32,000 bases of DNA from Pseudomonas aeruginosa (GTDB taxonomy: Bacteria > Pseudomonadota > Gammaproteobacteria > Pseudomonadales > Pseudomonadaceae), in the NCBI RefSeq assembly GCF_001457615.1, contig NZ_LN831024.1:5520001-5552000 (forward strand), given 5' to 3'. Made by a program: the position numbers and the translations under genes. Numbering within the stretch: the stretch's first letter is position 1; each line of letters begins with the position of its first letter. Positions 7,368 to 15,905 of this stretch are shown one piece after another. The notes beneath the pieces were generated by a model. It was not told the origin of the DNA. It worked only from the letters and a program-made list of their open reading frames with translations, and made no database searches.

Positions 7368-8737
7368 CCCTCTACGCGGCGCTGCTGTTCGCCGCGGTGG
7401 CGGCGCTGGTGGTCAGCGCGGTCGGCTTCTACCTGTACCGCTCGGTGGAAGAGGCGATGCTGCGGCGCAGCGACGTGATGGTCGCCGGCCGGGTCGAGCA
7501 CTTCCGCAACCTGCTGCGCGACAACCTCACCCTGGCCGAGCTGAAGGCGCGCCCGCGTCTGTTCGAGAACATGCTCGGCAACGAGCAGGACATCCTGCTC
7601 CTCGGTCAGCCCGGCGAGGCGCCGATCGTCGCGGTCAACCCGCGCCACGAACGCCTGCCGTCGCTACGGGTGGTCGCCGCCGGCCAGGCGTTGAATCCGT
7701 CCGTCGTGCACGCCGCGCTGACCCACGACGGCATCCCGATGCGCGTGCTCGCCGCCGAGGTCCTGGTCGGCGGCCGCGAGCCGTTGCAGATCACCGCCGC
7801 GCACCTGCTGCTGGGCGAGACGCGGATGCTCGCCCAGTACCGCGACCGGGTCATCGCCGCCGTGCTGCTGGCGTTCCTCGGCACCGCCCTGCTCGGCTGG
7901 CTGGTCCTGCGCCACGGCCTGCGCCCGCTGCGCACGCTGGCGGCGAAGGCGGCGGAGATCCATCCGACCAGCCTGGATACCCGCCTCGACGTCGCCGCCG
8001 CGCCTGCCGAGTTGCAGCAGGTGGCACAGTCGTTCAACGCCATGCTCGAACGCCTCGACGACGGCTACCAGCGCCTGCAGCAGTTCTCCGCCGACCTCGC
8101 CCATGAGATCCGCACGCCCATCGGTTCGCTGATGGGCCACGGCCAGGTGGCCCTGCGCCAGCCGCGCAGCAACGAGGAGTACCAGGCGCTGATCGCCTCC
8201 AACCAGGAAGAGCTGGAGCGCATCGCGCGGATGGTCGAGAGCATCCTGTTCCTCGCTCGCGCCGACGACGTGCGGGCAGCGGTGGAGCGCAGCCGCCTGG
8301 ACCTGGGCGAAGAACTGCGGCGCCAGGCGGAGTATTTCGAAGGGCTGGCCGAGGAACGTGGGCTGAGCCTCGACATCCAGGTCAGCGGCCAGCTACGCGC
8401 CGATCCGCAACTGTTCCGCCGGGCGCTGAGCAACCTGCTGGCCAACGCCATCCGCTACGCCAGCGCCGACAGCCTGATCGAAGTGCGCGGCCTGCGCCGC
8501 TCGGGGGAATTCCTGCTGAGCGTGGAGAACGCCTGCGACAGGCTGCCGGCCGAGCCGCTGTCGCGCCTGTTCGACCGCTTCTACCGTGGCGACGCCGCGC
8601 GCAGCGACGCCCAGTCCAGCGGTCTCGGCCTGGCCATCGCCCAGGCGATCATGCGCCTGCACGGCGGCCGCGCCGAAGCGAGTGCACCGGCTCCGGGACG
8701 CATCCGCTTCGACCTGGCGTTCCCGGCTCAGGACTGA
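7346..8737 (+). CDS. Heavy-metal/oxidant-type sensor histidine kinase (CusS/CopS-like)
   Basis: The GTG at 7346 overlaps the end of irlR by 22 nt. Two TM segments, HAMP domain, H-box [17 protein letters not shown]-box [12 protein letters not shown] and G-box [17 protein letters not shown]. 463 aa. The start codon is less certain than the gene call. Confidence 0.85.
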   Translation: MPARRSLTLYAALLFAAVAALVVSAVGFYLYRSVEEAMLRRSDVMVAGRVEHFRNLLRDNLTLAELKARPRLFENMLGNEQDILLLGQPGEAPIVAVNPRHERLPSLRVVAAGQALNPSVVHAALTHDGIPMRVLAAEVLVGGREPLQITAAHLLLGETRMLAQYRDRVIAAVLLAFLGTALLGWLVLRHGLRPLRTLAAKAAEIHPTSLDTRLDVAAAPAELQQVAQSFNAMLERLDDGYQRLQQFSADLAHEIRTPIGSLMGHGQVALRQPRSNEEYQALIASNQEELERIARMVESILFLARADDVRAAVERSRLDLGEELRRQAEYFEGLAEERGLSLDIQVSGQLRADPQLFRRALSNLLANAIRYASADSLIEVRGLRRSGEFLLSVENACDRLPAEPLSRLFDRFYRGDAARSDAQSSGLGLAIAQAIMRLHGGRAEASAPAPGRIRFDLAFPAQD

Positions 8738-10044
8738 GCGGGTTTCTCGCCGGCGTCCGGCTCGCCGTCGGAGCGGCCGATATTCGCCGGCGCCTCCACC
8801 ACCAGCTCCTCCGGCACTTCCTCGACGCGCGGGTCGAGGGTGGCGGCCATCGGGCTGACCGTGTCCGGCATCGCCACGTGTTGCAGCGGCGCCTCGTCGA
8901 CCCGGTGTTCGCCGGTGACGCGCTTGGGCTGCACCCAGAACACCAGCAGCACCGCGTAGCCGGACACCAGCATGTAGAACAGTCCCGGACCGAAGTGGCG
9001 CATCAGCGCGCCGGCCACCAGCGGACCGATACAGGCGCCGACCCCGTAGGTGGTCAGGAGCATCGCCGACAACGCGACCCGGCGCGGCTGCTCGACGTGG
9101 TCGTTGGCCAGCGCCACCGCCAGCGGATAAAGGGTGAACAGCAGCATGCCGGTAACGAACCCGTTGGCCAGCAGCAACCAGTACGGCAGCGTCACCAGCC
9201 CCCACATCGGGATCGAGGCCAGGCACAGCAGCACCGCATTGCCGCGGATCAGCCAACTGCGGTCGAGGCGGTCGGACAGCCAGCCCAGCGGCCACTGCGC
9301 ACAGAAGCCGGCGACGATGCACATGCCGACGAAGAAACTCGATTGCGAGGCATCCAGGCCGTTGCGGTTGGCGTAGACCGGCGCCAGGCCGTAGAAGGCG
9401 CCGACCATCAGGCCGGCGATGAAGATGGTGCCCAGCGCCTGCGGCACGCGCTGCCAGAAGAAACGCACTTCCAGCGGCGCGGCGACCAGCTTGGCCGGGT
9501 GCACGCGCCGGGTCATGGCCAGCGGGATCAGGCACGAGGCGAAGCAGATGGCGACCAGCAGCAGCGGCTTGTAGTCGAGGGTCGGGCTCAGCGCCAGCAG
9601 GCCCTGGCCGAGCACCAGGCCAAGGTCGACGGCGACCATGTAGCCGGCGAACACCTTGCCGCGCTGGTGGCTCTCGGCCTGCTCGTTGAGCCAGCTCTCG
9701 ATCACCATGTACTGGTTCATCATCACCGCGCCGGTGATGAAGCGCAGCAGCAGCCAGACTTCCAGCTGATCGACCAGGGCATGCAGCAGCACGGTCACGG
9801 TGGCAATCCCGGCGCAAGCCACGTAGGAACGGATATGGCCGAAGCTGGCGATCAGCTTGTGTCCGAATTTTCCACCGCAGACCAGGCCGAAATAGTAGGA
9901 CGCCATCAGCCCGCCGACCCACAGGTCGCCTGCGCCTTCCTGGGTCAGGCGCAGGCCGATGTAGGTGGTGAACAGGCCGGAGCCGGCCAGCATGAGCAGG
10001 GTGGCGGTGTAGAGCGCGGGAAAGGTGACGAGCGGGCTGAACAT
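8728..10044 (-). CDS. MFS transporter (12-TMS, YcaD-like)
   Basis: ATG at 10044 (MFSPLVTFPALYTATLLMLAGSG...). 438 aa and hydrophobic throughout. The upstream part of track ORF 8728-10239 is non-coding-like. Confidence 0.85.
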   Translation of the reverse strand: MFSPLVTFPALYTATLLMLAGSGLFTTYIGLRLTQEGAGDLWVGGLMASYYFGLVCGGKFGHKLIASFGHIRSYVACAGIATVTVLLHALVDQLEVWLLLRFITGAVMMNQYMVIESWLNEQAESHQRGKVFAGYMVAVDLGLVLGQGLLALSPTLDYKPLLLVAICFASCLIPLAMTRRVHPAKLVAAPLEVRFFWQRVPQALGTIFIAGLMVGAFYGLAPVYANRNGLDASQSSFFVGMCIVAGFCAQWPLGWLSDRLDRSWLIRGNAVLLCLASIPMWGLVTLPYWLLLANGFVTGMLLFTLYPLAVALANDHVEQPRRVALSAMLLTTYGVGACIGPLVAGALMRHFGPGLFYMLVSGYAVLLVFWVQPKRVTGEHRVDEAPLQHVAMPDTVSPMAATLDPRVEEVPEELVVEAPANIGRSDGEPDAGEKPAQS

Positions 10045-10263
10045 GACGGTTCCTGGACGGACGGGCCCCACGGCCGGCATCCGCCGAGCATTGTTAGATT
10101 CGGGAAGGATCGACGCTGCTGGCCGATCGCGGGCGCAGGCCGTCCTGCGTTCGGCGAGACTCCGACGCCACGCGGCGGCCGGAAGCCACGTCGCGGTGCA
10201 CAGGGCGGCATTATCCCCGCTCCGGAGCGGCCCCGCCACGGGCGCCGCGAGCGTTCCGTCGGC

Positions 10264-11352
10264 TCAGCCGCGCCCCGCCGGGAGGGGCTCGCGCGGCGGC
10301 AGCCGATATACCCAGATGCGCCGCAAGACAGTGAGGAATTGCCGTCCCAGGCGTCCGCTGTTGTAGGTCTGCCCGTAGCGCCGGGCGATTTCGCGGACCT
10401 CGCGGGACAACGCGGCGTAGCGACGCGCCGGCAGGTCCGGGTAGAGGTGGTGCTCGATCTGGTGGCTGAGGTTGCCGGTCAGGATGTGGAACAGCGGCCC
10501 GCCCTCCAGGTTGCTGGAGCCGCGCAACTGGCGCAGGTACCAGTGGCCACGGGTCTCTCCCTCCAGCACCGAGGGCGGGAAGACCACCGCCTTCTCGGTG
10601 AAGTGGCCGCAGAAGATCACCGTGAAGGTCCACAGGTTGCGCAGCACGTTGGCCAGCAGGTTACCGACGAACACCGCGCCGAAGCCGCCGGCGAACAGGC
10701 CGAGAAGCGGGAACAGCAGGTAGTCCTTGGTCCACTGGCGACCCAGCTTGGCACGCAGGCGGCGTAGCAGCGGCATGAGTTCGGCCTTGTCCAGGCGCCC
10801 CTTGGCGTACTTGTCCAGGCGCAGATGCTGGATCGCCACCGCGTACTGGAACAGCAGCGCCTGCAGCGTCACCCACAGCGGTTGCCAGCGGTAGAACGGC
10901 TTCCAGCGCTGCTCCGGGAACAGGCGCACGACCCCATAGCCGACGTCGTCGTCCTTGCCCAGCACGTTGGTGTAGGTGTGGTGGATATGGTTGTGGGTGT
11001 GCCGCCAGAAGTCGGACGGCCCGGCGATGTCCCACTCGTAGGCGCGGCCGGCGAATTCCGGATCGTTCATCCAGTCGTACTGGCCGTGCATGACGTTGTG
11101 GCCCAGCTCCATGTTCTCGAGGATCTTGCCCAGGCCGAGAAGCAGGCTGCCGAGCAGCCAGGTCGGCGGCAGCCAGCCGAACATCAGCAGCGCCCTGCCG
11201 CTCCAGCAGCAGACGCGCACCGCCGCGCGGACCCGGCGGATGTAGCGCGCGTCGTCCGCGCCGAGATCGGCCAGGGTACGCAGGCGCAGGGCATCGAGTT
11301 CGGCGCCGAAGGCCGCCAGTTGTTCCGGGGTCAGTTCGCGGTCGTCGCGCAT
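10264..11352 (-). CDS. desB: Acyl-CoA delta-9 fatty acid desaturase
   Basis: ATG at 11352 (MRDDRELTPEQL). Membrane desaturase histidine boxes HNVMH, HTHNHIHH and HQIEHH. 362 aa. Lies 20 nt downstream of desC. Confidence 0.9.
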   Translation of the reverse strand: MRDDRELTPEQLAAFGAELDALRLRTLADLGADDARYIRRVRAAVRVCCWSGRALLMFGWLPPTWLLGSLLLGLGKILENMELGHNVMHGQYDWMNDPEFAGRAYEWDIAGPSDFWRHTHNHIHHTYTNVLGKDDDVGYGVVRLFPEQRWKPFYRWQPLWVTLQALLFQYAVAIQHLRLDKYAKGRLDKAELMPLLRRLRAKLGRQWTKDYLLFPLLGLFAGGFGAVFVGNLLANVLRNLWTFTVIFCGHFTEKAVVFPPSVLEGETRGHWYLRQLRGSSNLEGGPLFHILTGNLSHQIEHHLYPDLPARRYAALSREVREIARRYGQTYNSGRLGRQFLTVLRRIWVYRLPPREPLPAGRG

Positions 11353-11372
11353 CGCAGGGCTCGCAGGTCGGT

Positions 11373-12473
11373 TCACAGGTCCAGCGCCAGGTCGCCGTGG
11401 GCGGCGCTGACGCAGAGGCGGATAGGCTGGCCGGGCTCGCTGCACAGCGCGCCGCTGCGCAGGTCGCGCACGCAGCCGCTGAGCAGGACGCAGGTGCAAC
11501 TGGCGCAGATGCCCTGGCGGCAACCGTGGGCCGGGCGCAGGCCGTGGGCCTCGGCCTGTTCCAGCAGGCTGGCGGCGCTGTCGCCGGAGACTTCCCGCTG
11601 CGACCGGGCGAAGCGCAGGCGCACTTCGCGCGGCGCCTCCCCGCTGCGCCAGCGCGGGACGCTGAAGGATTCCGTCTGCAAGCCGGCGAAGCGTGCCCCC
11701 AGTTGCTCGCCCACCGCCTCGACGAAAGCCGCCGGCCCGCAGGCCAGGGCCTGGCTGCGCGCCAGGTCGGCTGCCCAGCCGTCCAGGTGGCGCGGCTGGA
11801 AATGCCCCTCCAGGCAGCCATCGGCCCGCGCCCCGCGGGTCAGGCTCCAGCGCAACTCCAGGTTCGGGTGGCGCGCCGACAGCGCCTCCAGCTCGCCGAG
11901 CCAGGCGCGCTGGCCGGGATGACGGACGTAGTGCAGCCACAGCACGGGACCGCGATAGCCGTTCTCCAGCGCCTCGCGGAGCAGGCCGAGCAAGGGCGTC
12001 AGGCCGCTGCCGGCGGCCAGCAGGCAGACCGCCTCGGCCTGCATCGGCCAGCGCAGATCGCCTTGCGCGGGTTGCAACTCGACACGCTGGCCGACCGCCA
12101 GGTGTTCGCACAACCAGGGCGAGAGCAGCCCGTCCGGGTGACGCTTGACGGCGATTTCCAGGCGCTCGCCGACCACCCGGGTCAGGCTGTAGCTGCGCCC
12201 GACCCGCACCCCGTCGCGCTCCGCCAGCAGCTGGATGTGCTGGCCCGGCCGCGCCGGCGGCCAGCCGGGGGCGGTACGCAGGGCCAGGGCGAGCATATCG
12301 TCGGCCACCCAGTAGCGTGCCTCGACCCGCGCATAGTGGCGGTTCAACGACGCCAGCGGATGGGCGTGGCGCAGCAGGCCGTCGACATCGGCCTCACGCA
12401 GCCAGCCACGGGCGGCGAGACGGCGCAGGGGTGCGAGCAAAGGGGTCAGGAGCGCGAGGGGAAGCAAGGCCAT
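11373..12473 (-). CDS. desC: Ferredoxin-NAD(P)H reductase-type oxidoreductase with C-terminal plant-type 2Fe-2S domain, desaturase electron donor
   Basis: 366 aa with an FNR-like FAD/NAD fold (RSYSL, GSGLTPL) and the cluster CRQGICASCTC...C. There is no clear SD before ATG 12473, so the start is slightly uncertain. Confidence 0.85.
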   Translation of the reverse strand: MALLPLALLTPLLAPLRRLAARGWLREADVDGLLRHAHPLASLNRHYARVEARYWVADDMLALALRTAPGWPPARPGQHIQLLAERDGVRVGRSYSLTRVVGERLEIAVKRHPDGLLSPWLCEHLAVGQRVELQPAQGDLRWPMQAEAVCLLAAGSGLTPLLGLLREALENGYRGPVLWLHYVRHPGQRAWLGELEALSARHPNLELRWSLTRGARADGCLEGHFQPRHLDGWAADLARSQALACGPAAFVEAVGEQLGARFAGLQTESFSVPRWRSGEAPREVRLRFARSQREVSGDSAASLLEQAEAHGLRPAHGCRQGICASCTCVLLSGCVRDLRSGALCSEPGQPIRLCVSAAHGDLALDL

Positions 12474-12486
12474 GGAAAATATTTCA

Positions 12487-12502
12487 GTGAACGATCGTTC
12501 AC
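12487..12502. promoter_or_regulatory. Perfect 16-bp palindrome GTGAACGATCGTTCAC, probable DesT operator of desCB
   Basis: Read directly, 14 nt upstream of the desC ATG, in the desC-desT divergent region. TetR-family repressors bind palindromes of this size. Confidence 0.7.
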
Positions 12503-12529
12503 AAAACTTTGCCCGTTCCGCGCAATCGA

Positions 12530-12545
12530 GTCAACAAGCGTTCAC
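12530..12545. promoter_or_regulatory. Degenerate second copy GTCAACAAGCGTTCAC (13/16 match to the palindrome)
   Basis: On the minus strand it overlaps a TTGACT -35-like hexamer for desCB. Could be a second DesT half-affinity site. Confidence 0.4.
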
Positions 12546-12631
12546 TGATGTATCCTTCGACCGCTGCCGTCCCCGGTTCGACCGGGTCGCAGGGCTTTTG
12601 CTACAGTCGCCGGTCCGCCAAAGGAAGCCGT

Positions 12632-13261
12632 ATGTCCTCACCCCGCGCCGAACAGAAACAGCAGACCCGCCACGCGCTGATGAGCGCCGCGCGCCACCTG
12701 ATGGAAAGCGGGCGCGGCTTCGGCAGCCTCAGCCTGCGCGAAGTGACGCGCGCCGCCGGCATCGTCCCGGCCGGCTTCTACCGGCACTTCAGCGACATGG
12801 ACCAGCTCGGCCTGGCGCTGGTCGCCGAAGTCGACGAGACCTTCCGCGCCACCCTGCGCGCGGTGCGCCGCAACGAGTTCGAACTGGGCGGGCTGATCGA
12901 CGCCTCGGTGCGCATCTTCCTCGACGCGGTCGGCGCCAACCGCTCGCAGTTCCTCTTCCTCGCCCGCGAGCAATACGGCGGCTCGTTGCCGATCCGCCAG
13001 GCCATCGCCAGCCTGCGCCAGCGCATCACCGACGATCTGGCCGCCGACCTGGCGCTGCTGAACAAGATGCCGCACCTCGACGGCGCGGCCCTCGACGTGT
13101 TCGCCGACCTGGTGGTGAAGACCGTCTTCGCCACCCTTCCGGAGCTGATCGACCCACCCGCCGCCGATCTGCCGCCGCACCTGATGCCGGCCGCGAAGAT
13201 CACCCACCAGCTGCGTTTCATCATGATCGGCGGCAAGCACTGGCACGGCCTGCCCGGCTGA
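12632..13261 (+). CDS. desT: TetR-family repressor sensing acyl-CoA saturation
   Basis: ATG at 12632 after [31 protein letters not shown]. 209 aa. Divergent from desCB. Confidence 0.9.
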   Translation: MSSPRAEQKQQTRHALMSAARHLMESGRGFGSLSLREVTRAAGIVPAGFYRHFSDMDQLGLALVAEVDETFRATLRAVRRNEFELGGLIDASVRIFLDAVGANRSQFLFLAREQYGGSLPIRQAIASLRQRITDDLAADLALLNKMPHLDGAALDVFADLVVKTVFATLPELIDPPAADLPPHLMPAAKITHQLRFIMIGGKHWHGLPG

Positions 13262-13318
13262 CCCCGCACCTCCCCAGCGGACCTCCGGCTCGGCGTTCGT
13301 CCGCGGACTAGACGCGCG

Positions 13319-13366
13319 CGCACCTTTCCGGTGCGGCAAAAAAGTCGTTGCGCACCAACCTGGCGC
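13319..13366. promoter_or_regulatory. Two NtrC-like enhancer sites (cGCACCtttccGGTGCg and cGCACCaacctGGCGCg)
   Basis: GCACC-N5-GGTGC is a perfect inverted repeat at 13320-13334. A one-mismatch copy lies at 13352-13366. Compare the NtrC consensus TGCACC-N5-GGTGCA. They lie about 95-130 nt upstream of the predicted sigma54 start. Confidence 0.55.
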
Positions 13367-13429
13367 GCTGCAATATTTTGTTACATCCCTATGGCCCCGT
13401 TTTCCCGGTACAGGCGTCCCGCATCGACC

Positions 13430-13445
13430 TGGCAAGGCCCTTGCT
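13430..13445 (+). promoter_or_regulatory. Sigma54 (-24/-12) promoter TGGCAAggcccTTGCT upstream of ureE
   Basis: GG and GC elements are at exact consensus spacing (TGGCAC-N5-TTGCW), 46 nt upstream of the ureE ATG. An IHF-like site TAACAAAATATTG (minus strand, 13371-13383) lies between it and the NtrC-like sites. Confidence 0.65.
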
Positions 13446-13490
13446 GGTGCTTGTTGTGATCCCTTTCCTGTCGCATTGCGGAAACTGCCC

Positions 13491-13994
13491 ATGCTGGTCA
13501 TCCACCAACGCCTGCCCGCCCGCTCGCCCCGCTGGGACGAAGAACTCCACCTGACCTACGAGGCGCGCAGCAAGAGCCGCCTGCGCTGCTTCGCGGCGAG
13601 CGGCGAGGAGGTCGGCCTGTTCCTCGAGCGCGGCCAGCCTCCGCTGGCCGACGGCGACTGCCTGGAGGCCCGCGACGGTCGCCTGGTGCGGGTCGTCGCC
13701 CGCTCCGAACGTCTGCTCCACGTCACCTGCGCCAGCCCGCTGGAACTGACCCGAGCCGCCTACCACCTGGGCAACCGTCACGTCGCCCTGCAGGTCGGCG
13801 ACGGCTGGCTGCGCCTGCTCGACGACTACGTGCTGAAAGCCATGCTCGAACAGCTCGGCGCCACGGTGGAGGCCATCGAGGCGCCGTTCCAGCCGGAGCA
13901 CGGTGCCTACGGCGGAGGCCACCACCACTCGCACCATGGCGAGGCGGAGTTCAACTACGCGCCGCGCCTGCACCAGTTCGGCGTGCGCCGGTGA
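13491..13994 (+). CDS. ureE: Urease accessory nickel metallochaperone UreE
   Basis: ATG at 13491 (MLVIHQRL). UreE fold motif YHLGNRH. His-rich tail [11 protein letters not shown]. 167 aa. Confidence 0.92.
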   Translation: MLVIHQRLPARSPRWDEELHLTYEARSKSRLRCFAASGEEVGLFLERGQPPLADGDCLEARDGRLVRVVARSERLLHVTCASPLELTRAAYHLGNRHVALQVGDGWLRLLDDYVLKAMLEQLGATVEAIEAPFQPEHGAYGGGHHHSHHGEAEFNYAPRLHQFGVRR

Positions 13995-14662
13995 ACAGCA
14001 TCTGGGCGCGCCTGCGCCTGGCCAGCTCGCAGTTGCCGATCGGCGGATACAGCTATTCCCAGGGCCTGGAGGCGGCCCTCGACAATGGCTGGGTGCGCGA
14101 CGCCGAGAGCGCGCGGACCTGGCTGGTCGACCAGTTGCAACTGAACCTGGCGCGCTTCGAGGCGCCGCTGCTGGCCGGCCTGCTGCGCGCCGCGCTGATC
14201 GGCGACTGGGCCGCCTGCGATGCGGCCAGCGAACGCCATAGGGCCAGCCGCGAGACCCGCGAGCTGGCCCAGGAGAGCCGGCAGATGGGCTTTTCCCTGC
14301 ACCAATTGCTGGAAGCCCTGCCCGAGCTCGACGCTCCCGGCCGCGCCTGGCTGGCGCGCCAGGACCCGCCCAATCTCGCCGCCGCCTGGGCGATGGCCGC
14401 GCGCGCCTGGCGCCTGGACGCCGAGGAGGCGCTGAGTGCCTGGTTCTGGAGCTGGCTGGAAAACCAGTTGGCGGTGCTGATGAAAACCCTGCCGCTCGGC
14501 CAACTGGCCGCGCAGAAACTTGCTTCCAGCCTACTGCCGGAACTCGACCGCGCCTGCGCCGAGGCGCTGCGGCGGCCCGCCGTCGAGGGCAGCGCCGCGT
14601 TCGGTCTGGCGCTGGCCAGCATGACCCACGAAACCCAGTACAGCCGTCTGTTCCGTTCCTAG
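13991..14662 (+). CDS. ureF: Urease accessory protein UreF
   Basis: GTG start in a GTGA overlap with the ureE stop. 223 aa. N-terminus [18 protein letters not shown] is typical of UreF. Confidence 0.9.
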
Positions 14663-14672
14663 GAGAAACCCC

Positions 14673-15287
14673 ATGACATCCCAACCCCTGCGTGTCGGCA
14701 TCGGCGGTCCGGTGGGCTCCGGCAAGACCGCCCTGACCCTGGCCCTGTGTCGCGAACTGCGCGAGCGCTACAACCTCGCGGTGGTCACCAACGACATCTA
14801 TACCCAGGAAGACGCGGAGTTCCTGGTGCGCAACGAGGCCCTCGCCCCCGAGCGGATCATCGGCGTGGAAACCGGCGGCTGCCCGCACACGGCGATCCGC
14901 GAGGACGCCTCGATCAACCTGGAGGCGGTGGACCAGCTCAACCGGCGCTTCCCCGGCCTCGAACTGATCCTGGTGGAATCCGGCGGCGACAACCTGTCGG
15001 CCACCTTCAGCCCCGAGCTGTCCGACCTGACCCTCTACGTGATCGACGTTTCCGCCGGCGACAAGATCCCGCGCAAGGGCGGCCCCGGCATCTGCAAGTC
15101 GGACCTGCTGGTGATCAACAAGATCGACCTGGCGCCGCTGGTCGGCGCCTCCCTCGATGTGATGGACCGGGACGCCCGGCGCATGCGCGGCGACAAGCCG
15201 TTCGTGTTCAGCAACCAGAAGACCGGCCAGGGGCTGGACGAAATCATCGCCTTCATCGAGCGCCAGGGCCTGCTGACCGCCGCCTGA
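14673..15287 (+). CDS. ureG: Urease accessory GTPase UreG
   Basis: AGGAGAAACCCC before the ATG. P-loop GGPVGSGKT, the nickel-binding CPH motif ([13 protein letters not shown]), and NKIDL. 204 aa. Confidence 0.95.
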
Positions 15288-15316
15288 CGCCACTTCGCAA
15301 CGACAAGGAACCGCCA

Positions 15317-15889
15317 ATGAAACTGCCCAAGCTGCTCGCCGCCCTCGCCCTGCTCGCCGCTCCGGCGCTGGCCTTCGCCCACCCCGGCCACGGCGAACAC
15401 GGCCTGGTCGCCGGCCTCGCCCATCCGCTCACCGGCCTCGACCACCTGCTGGCGATGTTCGCCGTCGGCCTCTGGGCCGCCCAGCAACAGGGAGCCGCGC
15501 GCCTCGCCCTGCCCTGCACCTTCGTCGGCACCATGCTGGTCGGCGGGCTGCTCGGCTTCGAGGGCCTGCAACTGCCGTTCATGGAGACCGGCATCGCCGC
15601 CTCGGTGCTCGCCCTCGGCCTCTGCGTGGCCCTCGCCGTGCGCCCGCCGCTGCCGCTGGCGATGGCCGCCACCGCGCTGTTCGCCCTGGCCCACGGGGTC
15701 GCCCACGGCCTGGAGCTGCCGGACCTCTCCAGCCCCTGGCTGTACGCGCTCGGTTTCGTCGCCGCCACCGCCGCGCTGCACGCCGCCGGCTACGCGCTGG
15801 TGCGCTTCCTGCCGCAGGCGGCCGCGCCCCTGGTACGTCTCGCCGGGCTGGCCTCGGCGGGCGCCGGGGTCTGGTTGCTGGCCGGCTGA
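15317..15889 (+). CDS. HupE/UreJ-family nickel permease
   Basis: ATG at 15317 after AAGGAA. Signal peptide, then HPGHGEHG at the mature N-terminus, then 5-6 TM helices. 190 aa. The rest of track ORF 14747-15889 is an out-of-frame artefact over ureG. Confidence 0.85.
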   Translation: MKLPKLLAALALLAAPALAFAHPGHGEHGLVAGLAHPLTGLDHLLAMFAVGLWAAQQQGAARLALPCTFVGTMLVGGLLGFEGLQLPFMETGIAASVLALGLCVALAVRPPLPLAMAATALFALAHGVAHGLELPDLSSPWLYALGFVAATAALHAAGYALVRFLPQAAAPLVRLAGLASAGAGVWLLAG

Positions 15890-15905
15890 GCCGCCGCGCC
15901 TCCCC

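Noticed and set aside
10217-10230. 14-bp perfect palindrome CCGCTCCGGAGCGG downstream of desB as a terminator
   Set aside because: The loop is too tight and no U-tract follows on the minus strand. GC palindromes of this size are common by chance in this genome. I did not annotate it.
8393-10767. Alternative-frame long ORFs (8393-9922 minus, 8878-10767 plus) across the MFS gene
   Set aside because: Only the 8728-10044 minus frame gives 12 hydrophobic helices. The others are GC-frame artefacts.
10661-12548. Long alternative-frame ORFs over desB/desC (10661-11821 minus, 10825-11922 plus, 11397-12548 plus)
   Set aside because: The histidine boxes and 2Fe-2S/FNR motifs occur only in the frames called as desB and desC. 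The others are low-complexity.
13389-15317. 642-aa minus-strand ORF antisense to ureE, ureF and ureG
   Set aside because: The ure genes on the plus strand have unmistakable motifs (P-loop, His-rich tail). The antisense translation is R/A/P-rich with no features.
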